From Candidatus Altimarinota bacterium (lineage in GTDB: Bacteria > Patescibacteriota > Gracilibacteria > UBA4473): a stretch of 64,000 bases of DNA. Where the stretch lies: NCBI GenBank assembly GCA_965231215.1, contig OZ246423.1, forward strand, positions 704,001 to 768,000, read 5' to 3'. The notes under the pieces are model-generated. The model was given only the letters and a program-made list of their open reading frames with translations, searched no databases and had not been told where the DNA came from. A program made the translations under genes and the position numbers. This document shows, piece by piece, positions 9,535 to 20,463 of this stretch (position 1 is its first letter; each line of letters starts with the position of its first letter).

Positions 9535-10897
9535 GTTTCCCCATCAGCCTATTTTTCTTTTCTTCCAAACTATCCTCACTATTGGCTTCAATCCGGACAG
9601 CAATTTTGGGGGAAGTATTAGAGGCACGGATGATGGCCCATTCTCCATGGCCAAAATTGAGGCGGATTCCATCTAAGGTACTAGCATCTGGGAATTCTTT
9701 TTTGAGTTCAGTGGTTACCTCTTCAATCACGTCAAACTTAGATTCGTCAGGCACCGTTATTCGTTCTGAAACTTCTAACATATTTGGCCACAGAGTGGTC
9801 ACTTCTTCAATCAATTTGGGATTGGTTTGGATGGCCTGGATAAATCGAAGTGAGGCGAGCATCGCATCATCATGTCCATAAAAGTTTTCTCCAAACATAA
9901 AGTGCCCAGATTGCTCTCCTCCCAAGAGGGCCTGATTGTCTACCATGGCATGTTCAATGTGAGAGTGTCCCGTTTGGGAGAGTATTACTTGGGCTCCTTT
10001 TTCAGATAGTTTATTGATGAGTGTTTGAGAACTCATAGCATCTACTACAATTGGAGCCTTTGGATTTCGGGTTAAAAAATCACAGGCCAATACATACAGA
10101 ATTTTATCGGCACTCAGAGCGGTTTTATCTTGTAAGATTATTCCAACCCGGTCTCCATCTCCATCATATACAAAGGCTAAATCAGCTCCAACGTCGCCTA
10201 TCTTTTCTTGAGCATATACTAGGTTCTCAGGTCTTTCAGGGTCTGGTTGATGGTTGGGGAAGGTCGTATTGAGATCACAAAAAATCTCATGAGTTTCGTG
10301 TCCAAAGGCCTGGAAAAAGTTTGGATAAAAGAGTCCTGGAATAGCATTGCCAGCATCTATTAAGACCTTTATAGGGGATTGATCTGGAGTGATATTTTTT
10401 ATCTTTTTGAGATAAGCTTCTCGTATATCTATGTTTTCACAGGCTGCCGCCTCTTCTCCCCAAATATTACCATCTCGACAGCTTTGGCACTGAGCTAAAG
10501 CTTTTAATTTTTGAATTTCCTCCCCACTTACGGCTCCTGATTTATCGGTGAGTTTTAGGCCATTATCTTGAGCTGGGTTATGTGAAGCTGATATCTGCAT
10601 TGCTCCATCAAAATCACCGTGATGAAAGGCAAAATAATTCATGGGAGTGGGGATGGTATCGCCCCAACAGACTTCTGCGCCGCCGCCTTTTAATCCAGAA
10701 ATAAGAGCGGGAAAAAGCTCTGGCATAGACTGCCGTCCATCTCCAGAAACAAAGATCTTAGGAGATTGAAGTTTGAATTTTTCTCTTAAATACTGGGCAA
10801 AAGCTTGCCCCAAAATAAAAAATCCATCTTCATCAAAATCTACAAAAGCTTCGCCCCGAATATCATAGGCGCGAAAAATTTTATCTTTTAAAATCAT
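9512..10897 (-). CDS. Phosphomannomutase/phosphoglucomutase
   Basis: IFRAYDIRG, ISASHNP, DGDGDR, GGEQSGH, IRASNTSP. Confidence 0.95.
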   Translation of the reverse strand: MILKDKIFRAYDIRGEAFVDFDEDGFFILGQAFAQYLREKFKLQSPKIFVSGDGRQSMPELFPALISGLKGGGAEVCWGDTIPTPMNYFAFHHGDFDGAMQISASHNPAQDNGLKLTDKSGAVSGEEIQKLKALAQCQSCRDGNIWGEEAAACENIDIREAYLKKIKNITPDQSPIKVLIDAGNAIPGLFYPNFFQAFGHETHEIFCDLNTTFPNHQPDPERPENLVYAQEKIGDVGADLAFVYDGDGDRVGIILQDKTALSADKILYVLACDFLTRNPKAPIVVDAMSSQTLINKLSEKGAQVILSQTGHSHIEHAMVDNQALLGGEQSGHFMFGENFYGHDDAMLASLRFIQAIQTNPKLIEEVTTLWPNMLEVSERITVPDESKFDVIEEVTTELKKEFPDASTLDGIRLNFGHGEWAIIRASNTSPKIAVRIEANSEDSLEEKKNRLMGKLKQFVSP

Positions 10898-10942
10898 TTA
10901 AGGGGTTTGTAAGTATACCTTAATTATGCCAAAATTTAGACA

Positions 10943-12529
10943 ATGAAGCGACACAAAAAATTCAAACTAAGGTTGTCCAAACTACGATTAGTTTTGATTG
11001 TACTGTTTGTGTTTTTCCTTTTTTCAATTTGGCCAGTGAGGTTTTTATTAAATCCTGGTAATTGGTGGGGCCATACTTTAATCCTCTTTATGAATGAAAA
11101 TGAGGCTCGACCTTGTGGAGGATTTGTAACGGCTTTTGGGGTTTTGAGAATGCCGGCCTTTAACCTGGAATTGAAAAATGCGTATCACTTTTTAGAACTG
11201 GATTTAGGAAACGCCCCTGAACCTTTGGACAGGGTGTCTTCGCGTAAAAAATTTTGGGATGTTGGAACCAATGTGGATTTAGACCAATGTGCTCAGGATT
11301 TTAAAAAGGCTTATGAAGTTGGAGTAGATGAAAAAATTTCACAAGTAATACTTTTGAATTTTTCAGTGATTGAGTCTTTATTAGAGGTCGTTGGGGCGGT
11401 TAAATTTGAAGAACAGCATATCACCTCCAGAAATGTATTTAGTGTCCTTTCTAGATCAGTGGCTGATATTGATAGACATGATGAGGCGACACTCGAAAAC
11501 AGAAAAAAACCGCTAGTAAGCGTTGGGAAGCAGCTTATTAAAAAGTCGATATTCCAGCCGTGGAAATGGCCACGCTTAACCCGAACTTTTAGAAATCACT
11601 TGCAAACTCAAAATATATATTGGCTGGGTTTAAATGCCAAACATCCGGTAAAGCCAACAGATTTAGTGCTAGCTGAGTGGAACCTTGGCGGAGGGAAAAG
11701 CTCGCGTTATTTGCGAAAAAATTTAGTCATAGACATTAGGGAATCGATTCCAAATAAATGGACCCTAAAGGTGACTTTAGAGGTGGCTCATTTAGGAGGT
11801 TTTGATGAACCATTATCACAACACTGGAAAGGCGTGTTTGAAGTTCAGCCGCCGCATTTTGTTCTGGATGCTGTGCCTATTTTTATACAAGCTGAAATAG
11901 CTCCAGGGGAGAGTTTTAGCCGAACTCTCACCTTTGATATAAAGCCGACAGGCATGGGGTTGTCAGCATCTAAAGGCCTAAGTGAAGGCTTAGGCATTTA
12001 TACGCCTCCTTCACAAAATTGGCATCTAGATATGAGCGTTTCAGCGTTCCCTCAAAAGACGCTTGAGCGTAGCAATCTAAACCTGCATGAAAATTTAGGG
12101 ACCTGGAGAGGGGAACTTTATGGAGCCAAAAAGGTTTTTAGCTGGGTAACTAGAGCGGATAGAAACCCGCCCTTTTTGACATTACATCAGCCCATAGATG
12201 GGACTATTTTGGATTCGGCAATTCAGTCAGAACTCAACTTTGAGGAAGGGGATTTAGTGGTGGAATTGCATTTTAATGAGCCGGTAAAACGAGGGAAAAA
12301 CAAGGGCGGGAAAATCTTTTTAGAAGATCGAAATTATGCGGTTAAAGATATAGATGAAGATCCCATGTGGAAAGGGATGAAGTTGCTGGATAACCAAACC
12401 ACTCTGCTTTTAAATTTTGCACAAAACCAATACCAAAAAGACGAAAGATTTAATCTTAAAATCTTTGATATTGAAGATCTCTGGGGTAATCGGACTGATA
12501 TTGATAAAAGGACAGTAATTACGCGATAA
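10943..12529 (+). CDS. DUF4012-family membrane-anchored protein
   Basis: N-terminal TM; FMNENEARPCGGF and EWNLGGGKS motifs. Confidence 0.7.
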   Translation: MKRHKKFKLRLSKLRLVLIVLFVFFLFSIWPVRFLLNPGNWWGHTLILFMNENEARPCGGFVTAFGVLRMPAFNLELKNAYHFLELDLGNAPEPLDRVSSRKKFWDVGTNVDLDQCAQDFKKAYEVGVDEKISQVILLNFSVIESLLEVVGAVKFEEQHITSRNVFSVLSRSVADIDRHDEATLENRKKPLVSVGKQLIKKSIFQPWKWPRLTRTFRNHLQTQNIYWLGLNAKHPVKPTDLVLAEWNLGGGKSSRYLRKNLVIDIRESIPNKWTLKVTLEVAHLGGFDEPLSQHWKGVFEVQPPHFVLDAVPIFIQAEIAPGESFSRTLTFDIKPTGMGLSASKGLSEGLGIYTPPSQNWHLDMSVSAFPQKTLERSNLNLHENLGTWRGELYGAKKVFSWVTRADRNPPFLTLHQPIDGTILDSAIQSELNFEEGDLVVELHFNEPVKRGKNKGGKIFLEDRNYAVKDIDEDPMWKGMKLLDNQTTLLLNFAQNQYQKDERFNLKIFDIEDLWGNRTDIDKRTVITR

Positions 12530-14023
12530 TTATTCTTTCGGATCAGTAAAAATCTCACATTCTTTGCAGAATTGCCGAGAAATTTGATTAAAGTCTTTAG
12601 ATTTAACGAATCGTTTATCGGTGGTGAGTTCAAAGATGTCTCCCGGAGCTGGAATATAAACCCCTGCCTCCGTATCAAGGTTGTCGAGTTCTCTGATTTT
12701 TGAAGCGAGGGTCATTTGCTGGCTTTGCTCTCCATGTACGAGGAATACGTCCCGGAGCTTTCCGGCTTCATGAGCGAATTTGATGAGCCCTTTTTGGTCA
12801 GCGTGACCAGAAAAAGCATTATAAATTTCTACTAAACAGTTTACCTCATGTGGTTCGCCAAAGATATTTACTGGGGTTTCCCCTTCTACCAATTTTCGGC
12901 CTAAGGTATTTTGAGCTTGGAATCCAACGATAAGAACCAAATTATCTTCATTGGGTACATGGTTGGCTAGGTGGTGTCGAATACGCCCAAATTCACACAT
13001 GCCACTCGCGGAAATTATCACACAACATCCAGGGAAATTATTGAGGGCTTTAGATTCTTCGACACTGTGAGTAAATTGAACCCCATTGCAGTCACAAAAA
13101 GGATCAATCCCTTTATTCATGAGTTCTACCATTTCTTGATCGTAGCACTCTGGATGGAGTTGGAAGACTTCACTTGTCTTTTGCGCTAAAGGGGAATCTA
13201 CAAAAATAGGAATCGCGGGGATTTTATCCTCATCAATGAGTTTTTTGAGCATATACAAAATCTCCTGAGTTCGCCCCATAGCAAAGGCCGGAATAATAAT
13301 TTTCCCAGCTCGAGCCTGAGCCTTCCTAATAGCGGCAGCAAATTTTTCTTCTACATCTGCAATTTCATCGTGTAATCGATCTCCGTAAGTAGACTCTGTA
13401 AGTAAGAAGTCTAGGTTTTTAAGCTGTACTGGATCTTTAAGTACGGGAAGATCTTTTCTTCCCAGGTCACCTGTAAACCCAAATCGAACATTTTGTGCCG
13501 TATCGTGGTCAAAAATTTCCCATTCTTCTACCGCAGATCCGAGGATGTGCCCAGCATCATGGAACGTCACAAAGACCCCATCGGCAATTCGAATTTTATG
13601 GTCATAAGCGACGGATCTGAACTGAGCAATAGATTTTTCAGCATCAGCAATGGTGTAGAGGGGTTTGGCGTTTGGGTCTTTTCCCTTTTTTTTGATCCAT
13701 TCAGCATCCCGTTCTTGAATATAAGCAGAATCTCTCAGCATTACGGCGCAGAGGTCACGGGTTGCGTGGGTACAATAGATGGGCCCCGTGAATCCATTCT
13801 TTACTAAAAGAGGGATAGCTCCACTGTGATCAATATGGGCATGAGAGAGTACCAGGTAGTCAATCTCATCGGCCTGGAAAGGGAAAAGAGCATTCCATTT
13901 GGCCGCTTGTTTTCTGCGTCCTTGAAAAAGTCCACAGTCTAAAAGTATTTTTTTTCCGTTAACGTGGAGGAGGTGTTTTGATCCAGTAACATTTCTGGCC
14001 GCACCCGAGAATTCAATTTTCAT
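12530..14023 (-). CDS. MBL-fold beta-CASP ribonuclease
   Basis: VTGSKH, SHAHIDHSG, AGHILGS, ESTYGDR, FSGHAD, VHGE. Confidence 0.92.
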   Translation of the reverse strand: MKIEFSGAARNVTGSKHLLHVNGKKILLDCGLFQGRRKQAAKWNALFPFQADEIDYLVLSHAHIDHSGAIPLLVKNGFTGPIYCTHATRDLCAVMLRDSAYIQERDAEWIKKKGKDPNAKPLYTIADAEKSIAQFRSVAYDHKIRIADGVFVTFHDAGHILGSAVEEWEIFDHDTAQNVRFGFTGDLGRKDLPVLKDPVQLKNLDFLLTESTYGDRLHDEIADVEEKFAAAIRKAQARAGKIIIPAFAMGRTQEILYMLKKLIDEDKIPAIPIFVDSPLAQKTSEVFQLHPECYDQEMVELMNKGIDPFCDCNGVQFTHSVEESKALNNFPGCCVIISASGMCEFGRIRHHLANHVPNEDNLVLIVGFQAQNTLGRKLVEGETPVNIFGEPHEVNCLVEIYNAFSGHADQKGLIKFAHEAGKLRDVFLVHGEQSQQMTLASKIRELDNLDTEAGVYIPAPGDIFELTTDKRFVKSKDFNQISRQFCKECEIFTDPKE

Positions 14024-14133
14024 GTTTATTTGTTTCGGTTAATTATACTTGAAAATACAACTTTTTTCAAAGGGCTTTGTTATTTTTCATAATTTATTTG
14101 GAGACTATAGAAATATGAAGAAAATATGAACCA

Positions 14134-15069
14134 ATGGAACCTTCAACATTAGATTATTGCCCTCAGGGGTTGGATCCAAGTCTTTTGGAAGACGGACCAG
14201 GAGAAAAAGAAGAGGCCTTGGGGAATTCCATAAGAGCTTTAACTTGGAATGCTTGTGGAGGGCTTCTGAACGGACGTGAGATTCATGTTTCGGTGCCTTT
14301 TGCGTTAGCCTCTGGGCTCGGGCGCCCTTCCCAACTTTTGGAGGGTTTTGAGCTAACAGATGGAATGCCGGAGATAGCGGAGGAAGTTTTTAGAGTGCGT
14401 GCTAAGGCCGTTGAGGTTATTGCCTTCCAAGAAGTAATCCCAGAGAGACACCGAAATATTTTGACTGATATAAGCAGCGAAAATTTTCCTTATAGTAGCT
14501 TTTCTCCTGCTTGTAAATCTTCTGGAAGGGGGGCTGCTGGGGTTTTTCTAACGACGAAAGCCCCAAGCGAAGATATAGAAATGAATGACGTTCCTTATTT
14601 TTCTGGCGTAGTAGGAAGACATATTGAATCTAAAAATTTAAGCGTTTTTAACGCGCATTTCCCACTGGCATTTATCCGAAAAACAAAAGTTTCAGAGGCT
14701 TGGAAGTGTATGATTCGCCTTATCGAAAGAGAGCATAAAAAAGGAAGGGATGTGCTGGTTTTGGGGGATTTTAATGAAACGCTTACGCGGATTCATCAGT
14801 TTTTGAGAAAGGTAGAAAGTGGAGTAGGTTCACCTCATGGACATTCAGGACACCAGGCTTTTCAGATTTATTTAGGGAAGAGAAAAATACCTGATTGGAT
14901 AATGGCCATGTGTACGCGATTAGATCTTGATAATGGACTTTTTTTCCCTCACCCAGAGCATACAGGGAGTGTACGCTTAGATAAAGCTGAAGTTCACCCA
15001 ACTCCAGCTACCTCTGATCATCTACCCTTGGAAGTGTGGTTTACTTGGAAAAGCAACCGGGCAGCTTAA
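14134..15069 (+). CDS. Endonuclease/exonuclease/phosphatase family protein (divergent)
   Basis: TWN, AFQEV, NAHF, LGDFN, SDHLPL motifs. Confidence 0.75.
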   Translation: MEPSTLDYCPQGLDPSLLEDGPGEKEEALGNSIRALTWNACGGLLNGREIHVSVPFALASGLGRPSQLLEGFELTDGMPEIAEEVFRVRAKAVEVIAFQEVIPERHRNILTDISSENFPYSSFSPACKSSGRGAAGVFLTTKAPSEDIEMNDVPYFSGVVGRHIESKNLSVFNAHFPLAFIRKTKVSEAWKCMIRLIEREHKKGRDVLVLGDFNETLTRIHQFLRKVESGVGSPHGHSGHQAFQIYLGKRKIPDWIMAMCTRLDLDNGLFFPHPEHTGSVRLDKAEVHPTPATSDHLPLEVWFTWKSNRAA

Positions 15070-15938
15070 AGCTTCTGGGCCGCCCAGAGCTTTTGTATTT
15101 CAGCTTTAGAGGCTTCAAGGTATTTTTCATCGTTTCCAGCATAAAGTACAGATCGGCTAACAGGAATAAGTATGCCGAGTCCTTCTTTATCGCGAATAGC
15201 TAAAACATCTTCAATTTTCCCGCCTTGAGCACCGACTCCTGGGGCGAGGATCCAGGTTGATGGAGCTATTTTTCTAAAATTCGGTAATGCTTCTGGATGG
15301 GTGGCCCCAACGACCATACCAAAGCAGCTAAATTTATGGTTCATAGGTTTAATGTCCTGACTGGAATATTCTACGATTTTTGCCCAGTGCTGAGCTATAG
15401 TCTCACCAGTCTGAATTTGTACATCTTGTATTTGATTGGATGATCGATTGGAAGTTTTTACCAGAATAAATACGCCCTTTTCTCCATTATTAGTAGCTAT
15501 ATCAAAAGGAATAATAGAGTCAGTGCCCATGTACGGAGCAATAGTCACACAATCTCCTGCTAGGGGGGAATTTTTACCTAAAAAAGCCTCAGCATAAGCT
15601 TCACTGGTAGAGCCGATATCCCCACGTTTAGCATCCATCATGATGATGAGTTCAGCATGGTTTTTTCTTACAGAGGCAATAATATTTTCTGCAGCTCTAA
15701 CGCCTACTGATCCGAGGGCCTCAAAGTAGCCCATTTGGATTTTGATACCACAGACATAGTCAGCACAGGTATCCACTAGGTCAGTACAAAATTTTTCATA
15801 CACATCTGCTTTTTCCTGAAGCGATTCCCCGCTCTTTAAATGTTGAGGGATTTTTCCCCAGTGGGGGTCTAGCCCCAACATTAAACAAGAGTTCTTCAAT
15901 TTTATTACTTCCGTGAGCCTGTCAGAAAAGTGCATCAA
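15066..15938 (-). CDS. pyrF: Orotidine-5'-phosphate decarboxylase
   Basis: GLDP, DAKRGDIGST, LVKTSN, VVGAT, LAPGVGAQGG. Confidence 0.95.
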   Translation of the reverse strand: MMHFSDRLTEVIKLKNSCLMLGLDPHWGKIPQHLKSGESLQEKADVYEKFCTDLVDTCADYVCGIKIQMGYFEALGSVGVRAAENIIASVRKNHAELIIMMDAKRGDIGSTSEAYAEAFLGKNSPLAGDCVTIAPYMGTDSIIPFDIATNNGEKGVFILVKTSNRSSNQIQDVQIQTGETIAQHWAKIVEYSSQDIKPMNHKFSCFGMVVGATHPEALPNFRKIAPSTWILAPGVGAQGGKIEDVLAIRDKEGLGILIPVSRSVLYAGNDEKYLEASKAEIQKLWAAQKL

Positions 15939-15950
15939 AAGGAGTGTAGT

Positions 15951-16550
15951 TTAAAAATGAAAAACACGCCACTTGCCGTGTTTTGGTTTCAGATAAAAAT
16001 ATTCAGATTTTTTAGTCTGGATAAGCGGGAGGTTGTTATGGGTAAGAGTGGACTTCAACGCTTTAGAAATAGGGCCACTAGACAATAGTAACACGCCTTC
16101 TTGAGGCAGAGGGATGGTTGGAGGATATTGGCTACTTTTAGAAAGCACCCAAAAATTACTTTCAAAATTTATAGGCAGTTTGGGGTCTAAATTTTCAGGG
16201 GTAAAATCATCCGTAAAAAACAGTATTTGAGTCTCAGGAACACTGATTCTATACCAATTTGTAAAGGCTTCTATCTTTATCCGATTCTGAGTAAGAGCGG
16301 TATTTTTTTCTAGTTCAGCCATTGAAAAACTTCCTACGTTTTGTTTCCAGAAAGGCAAAAGTTTTCCTTTTAAACTCCTTATATCTTGATGTGTTTTGGC
16401 CGTATATACAAAACCTTCAGGATCGGCGATAGCAAAACTTTTAGGGGCCGCCCAAAGCACGTAAGTAGCGGATTTTTCTTGATGCCATACATAGCCCAGC
16501 ATTCCCAAAAAGAGAGCGGTCAGTATCAAGATAAAATGACTATTCTTCAT
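15951..16550 (-). CDS. Hypothetical membrane-anchored protein
   Basis: 199-aa ORF with N-terminal TM; overlaps the upstream gene. Confidence 0.6.
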   Translation of the reverse strand: MKNSHFILILTALFLGMLGYVWHQEKSATYVLWAAPKSFAIADPEGFVYTAKTHQDIRSLKGKLLPFWKQNVGSFSMAELEKNTALTQNRIKIEAFTNWYRISVPETQILFFTDDFTPENLDPKLPINFESNFWVLSKSSQYPPTIPLPQEGVLLLSSGPISKALKSTLTHNNLPLIQTKKSEYFYLKPKHGKWRVFHF

Positions 16551-17457
16551 CTTCTTCTTCAGAGAGTTCTTTTTGTTTTTCTTTTAGGCACTCAAAGCTA
16601 ATGTACCAAACAGCCGTAGAAAAGACCAAAACCAAAGAGGTGATATAGGCCGCCAACACAATCATTCCCAAACTAAAGAAGATGGAAAGAATAAACGCTG
16701 TAGAGTTATTAAATACGGTCATAGCTGCGATAATACCAATGGGAACGCCTAGAATAATTAAAGCATTTACGACAATCCGGAACCCGACTAAAAACATCAA
16801 AAGCCAAATAGTAAGCGTCGGCCCCATATTCAGAAATACAAGCGCTGCACTGCTCTTGATCCCTTTCCCGACACGATTATTGTCTACAGCGATATAGTAC
16901 GGGGTAAAGCTTAAAAAGAGGTTCACCAGGATCGCAATAACAATATAAACCAATATTACGGGGATAAAGATATCACTCATAGCATCAAAATATCTCAGAA
17001 ATGTAGCCGAAAATAAAGCAATAGAAACGAGAGAAAATATGGCAGTTACGGCGTTTAGCTCAAACATAGGGAAGAAATGTCCAAGCCCATCAATCATGCG
17101 TTTTGGCATGTGTAGTTCTTTTTGTGGGTGAAGGCATTTATGTTTTACCGATAGAATCAAAATAGCCGTCACCAAAGGGGGAATCACAAACATAAAAACA
17201 AGCACAAAGAATATGGCCACAATCCCCGTCCCCCAAAGCCCATACTCGGTCAAAAACTGAATGAGGGCAGAAATATTATCCAGCGTGATATAAGAGTCCA
17301 AAACCTCAAATTTAACAAAGTATAAATAGACTTGCCAGGCTACCTCCAAAACAAAGATAAAGACAGCAAAAAAACTAGGGATAAAGACAAACCACTTAAT
17401 CTTTGGATTTTCTAAGGTTAAGGTCCACGCATCACGAATGATTTTTCCATAGTTCAT
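16540..17457 (-). CDS. Hypothetical polytopic membrane protein
   Basis: About 7 hydrophobic segments; start MNYGKIIRDAW. Confidence 0.65.
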   Translation of the reverse strand: MNYGKIIRDAWTLTLENPKIKWFVFIPSFFAVFIFVLEVAWQVYLYFVKFEVLDSYITLDNISALIQFLTEYGLWGTGIVAIFFVLVFMFVIPPLVTAILILSVKHKCLHPQKELHMPKRMIDGLGHFFPMFELNAVTAIFSLVSIALFSATFLRYFDAMSDIFIPVILVYIVIAILVNLFLSFTPYYIAVDNNRVGKGIKSSAALVFLNMGPTLTIWLLMFLVGFRIVVNALIILGVPIGIIAAMTVFNNSTAFILSIFFSLGMIVLAAYITSLVLVFSTAVWYISFECLKEKQKELSEEEDEE

Positions 17458-17546
17458 GATGGAATTATTGTAGTGATTAAGGGGAAAATGCAAGTCTTGA
17501 GGAGATTTTGTAAGGCGTGTCTTTGCCGTCCGTTCGTGAGTTCAAT

Positions 17547-17574
17547 AAAAAAATCCCGCATCGCGGGATTTTTT
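17547..17574. terminator. Intrinsic terminator downstream of fusA
   Basis: AAAAAAATCCCGC-atc-GCGGGATTTTTT. Confidence 0.85.
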
Positions 17575-17608
17575 CTATTGACCATTGTTCGTTGTTACTT
17601 AAACCTTA

Positions 17609-19693
17609 TTATTCGCCTTTTCGTTCAGCGATAATCTTCTCAGCAACATTGCTTGGAACTTTGGTGTATTCTCCAAATTCCATAGTGTATGAAGCTCGTC
17701 CTTGAGTCATAGATCGGAGTTCAGTCGCGTATCCAAACATTTCAGCTAGAGGGATTTTGGCTTTTACAAATTTAGCCATACCGCGATCTCCCATTTCTTG
17801 TACCATTCCTCGTTTAGAAGAAACATTCCCCATAACGTCTCCCATGTAGTCTTCAGGAGTGATGATTTCTACATTCATCATTGGTTCTAGTAGTACTGGG
17901 TTAGCGCGTTTTCCACCTTCTTCAAAAGCTTTGATAGAAGCGATTTTAAACGCGAGTTCAGAAGAATCCACATCATGGTAAGATCCATCGTAAAGCTCTA
18001 CTTCAACGTCTACTACTTGGTATCCAGCAAGGATCCCTCGAGTAACGGCTTCTTTAAACCCTTTTTCACATCCTGGGATGTATTCATTTGGAATAGAAGC
18101 CCCTTTAATAGAGTTGATAAATTTAAGTCCGCATCCTGGTTCTCCGGGTCGGATTTTGATAAGTACGTGACCAAATTGACCACGTCCTCCTGATTGTTTC
18201 TTGTGTTGGTATTCGGCTTCTACTTCTTTTTGGATGGTTTCTCGGTACGCCACTTGAGGTTGCCCAATATTGGCTTCTACCTTAAATTCTCGTTTCATTC
18301 TATCCACGATAATATCGAGATGAAGTTCCCCCATTCCAGAAATAATAGTTTGGTTAGTTTCTTCGTCTGTTCGTACTCGGAAAGTGGGATCTTCTTCGGC
18401 TAGTTTTTGTAGAGCTAGCGCCATTTTTTCTTGATCGGCTTTGGTTTTCGGTTCTACAGAAATAGCAATCACCGGCTCAGGGAATTCCATTGATTCTAAG
18501 ATCACGGGTTGTTTTTCATCGGCAAGAGTTTCCCCCGTTTTGGCTCCTTTAAGGCCTACAACCGCACCAATGTGTCCGGCAGGGATTTCAGCAATTTCTT
18601 CTCGAGAATTGGCATGCATCTGTAGAAGACGTCCAATTCTTTCTTTCTGTCCACTGTTGGCATTGTATACATAAGATCCAGATTGGAGTGTCCCAGAGTA
18701 CACACGTACAAAGGTAATTCGTCCTACAAATGGATCGGTAGCAATTTTAAAAGCTAGAGCCGAAAGCGGTTCTGCCTTATCGGCTTTTCGTGTAATTTGT
18801 TTAGTTTCATCATCTGGGTCAGTTCCGATAGAATCTGGAATGTCCAAAGGACTTGGTAGGTAGGCCAATACCGCGTCAAGAAGCGGTTGAACGCCTTTAT
18901 TTTTAAGCGCAGTCCCTGTCAGCACCGGTACAAAGTCACCAGCAATAGTAGCTCTTCGGATACCCCCCTTTAGTTCTTCGAGTGAGATTTCTTCTCCTCC
19001 AAGGTATTTTTCCATAAGCACTTCGTCACTACCAGCGACAGCTTCAACCATTTTTTCTCGCCATTCTTTGGCGAGATCCATTTCTTCGTTTGGAATGTCT
19101 TCAACTCGAATATCTTTCCCCATATCATCGTGATAGGTAGTGGCTTTCATTTCCACTAGGTCGATGATGCCTTTAAATCCACCTTCAATCCCAATAGGCA
19201 GTTGGATTGGCCACGCATTTTTGGTCAAACGATCAGTAATAGATTCGTATGATCTCCAGAAAGAAGCTCCAGTTCGGTCGAGTTTGTTGATGAAACACAT
19301 ACGTGGAACGTTGTATTTATCAGCTTGTCGCCAAACGGTTTCAGATTGAGGTTCTACTCCGGCTACTCCATCAAATACCGTTACTCCACCATCTAGTACA
19401 CGCATTGAACGCTCTACTTCTACGGTAAAGTCCACATGTCCTGGCGTATCAATAATATTAATCTGACAGTCTTTCCAGAAGGCTGTAGTAGCGGCCGCAG
19501 TAATGGTAATACCACGTTCTTGTTCTTGTTCCATCCAGTCCATAGTGGCGTCTCCGTCATGGACTTCACCGATTTTATGAGATTTTCCGGTGTAGTAGAG
19601 AATACGTTCTGTACAAGTGGTTTTCCCCGCATCAATGTGGGCGATAATTCCGATATTTCGGACGTGCTTGAGTGGATAGTGTTTGTCGCTCAT
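17609..19693 (-). CDS. fusA: Elongation factor G (stand-alone, outside the str operon)
   Basis: [39 protein letters not shown]; own promoter TTGACC-16-TATATT at 19789-19762. Confidence 0.98.
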   Translation of the reverse strand: MSDKHYPLKHVRNIGIIAHIDAGKTTCTERILYYTGKSHKIGEVHDGDATMDWMEQEQERGITITAAATTAFWKDCQINIIDTPGHVDFTVEVERSMRVLDGGVTVFDGVAGVEPQSETVWRQADKYNVPRMCFINKLDRTGASFWRSYESITDRLTKNAWPIQLPIGIEGGFKGIIDLVEMKATTYHDDMGKDIRVEDIPNEEMDLAKEWREKMVEAVAGSDEVLMEKYLGGEEISLEELKGGIRRATIAGDFVPVLTGTALKNKGVQPLLDAVLAYLPSPLDIPDSIGTDPDDETKQITRKADKAEPLSALAFKIATDPFVGRITFVRVYSGTLQSGSYVYNANSGQKERIGRLLQMHANSREEIAEIPAGHIGAVVGLKGAKTGETLADEKQPVILESMEFPEPVIAISVEPKTKADQEKMALALQKLAEEDPTFRVRTDEETNQTIISGMGELHLDIIVDRMKREFKVEANIGQPQVAYRETIQKEVEAEYQHKKQSGGRGQFGHVLIKIRPGEPGCGLKFINSIKGASIPNEYIPGCEKGFKEAVTRGILAGYQVVDVEVELYDGSYHDVDSSELAFKIASIKAFEEGGKRANPVLLEPMMNVEIITPEDYMGDVMGNVSSKRGMVQEMGDRGMAKFVKAKIPLAEMFGYATELRSMTQGRASYTMEFGEYTKVPSNVAEKIIAERKGE

Positions 19694-19851
19694 TTTTTGA
19701 GTTAAATTAATTTCAGAAGAATTTTAGTTATTGCGATAAAACACGCAAAAATTCGCGCGCGAATATAGAGATGTAGAGACAGAGGTCAAGGGGAAAAAAT
19801 ATTAGAATTGACTTTTTTGCAATTTTAATTTAAAAAACAAAAAATTTTCAG

Positions 19852-20463
19852 ATGACTTTATCAAATCCAGAGAAAAAACTTAGAAGTTCTACTTGGCCGG
19901 GTAGAAATGAAGATGCTGTAGAATTAATAACAGAAAAACTAGGAGGCAAGACTAATCTAAGACTATGTTTTATTGGTGCTGGGGCGGTTTCTTGTATTAT
20001 AAAAAAATTTCATCCACCAGGCTCAAAACATTCTTTTGGAGTACAACAAAAATTACTAAGATTTTCTTCTCGTATAGTTGATGATTTTCTCCGTAAACAT
20101 GAGCTTTATTCAAATCTTATTAGTTTTGAAGTCAAAGAAATTGTTGGTGCTATAGGTGTTGAGAATATCGAGAAAGTGTTTGTTTTAGATATAGATGAGC
20201 GAGTTTTAAGTGCCGTTAATGACGCATCATCTGAAATATCTAAAATCGTTTGTGATATAAATAAGCCTGGAAACGCTATCATCGATACAAAACCAGATTT
20301 AATTATTTGTCATAATGTTTTAAAGCTTCAAGAAGATATCAATAAAGCCTTTAGCCGTTTGGTAGAGGCTTGTGATCTTTCTGGTGGAGTAATATCGCTT
20401 GATAATAAAACCAGAGAAAAGGTTAAAGGAGAACAACTAAAAGGGGCTGATTTGGTTCTCTAA
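19852..20463 (+). CDS. Divergent class I SAM methyltransferase (CheR-like)
   Basis: TWPGRN, LRLCFIGAG, VLDIDERVL and DLIICHNVL resemble CheR TxFFR, IWSAGC, TDID and DLIFCRNVL. Confidence 0.5.
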   Translation: MTLSNPEKKLRSSTWPGRNEDAVELITEKLGGKTNLRLCFIGAGAVSCIIKKFHPPGSKHSFGVQQKLLRFSSRIVDDFLRKHELYSNLISFEVKEIVGAIGVENIEKVFVLDIDERVLSAVNDASSEISKIVCDINKPGNAIIDTKPDLIICHNVLKLQEDINKAFSRLVEACDLSGGVISLDNKTREKVKGEQLKGADLVL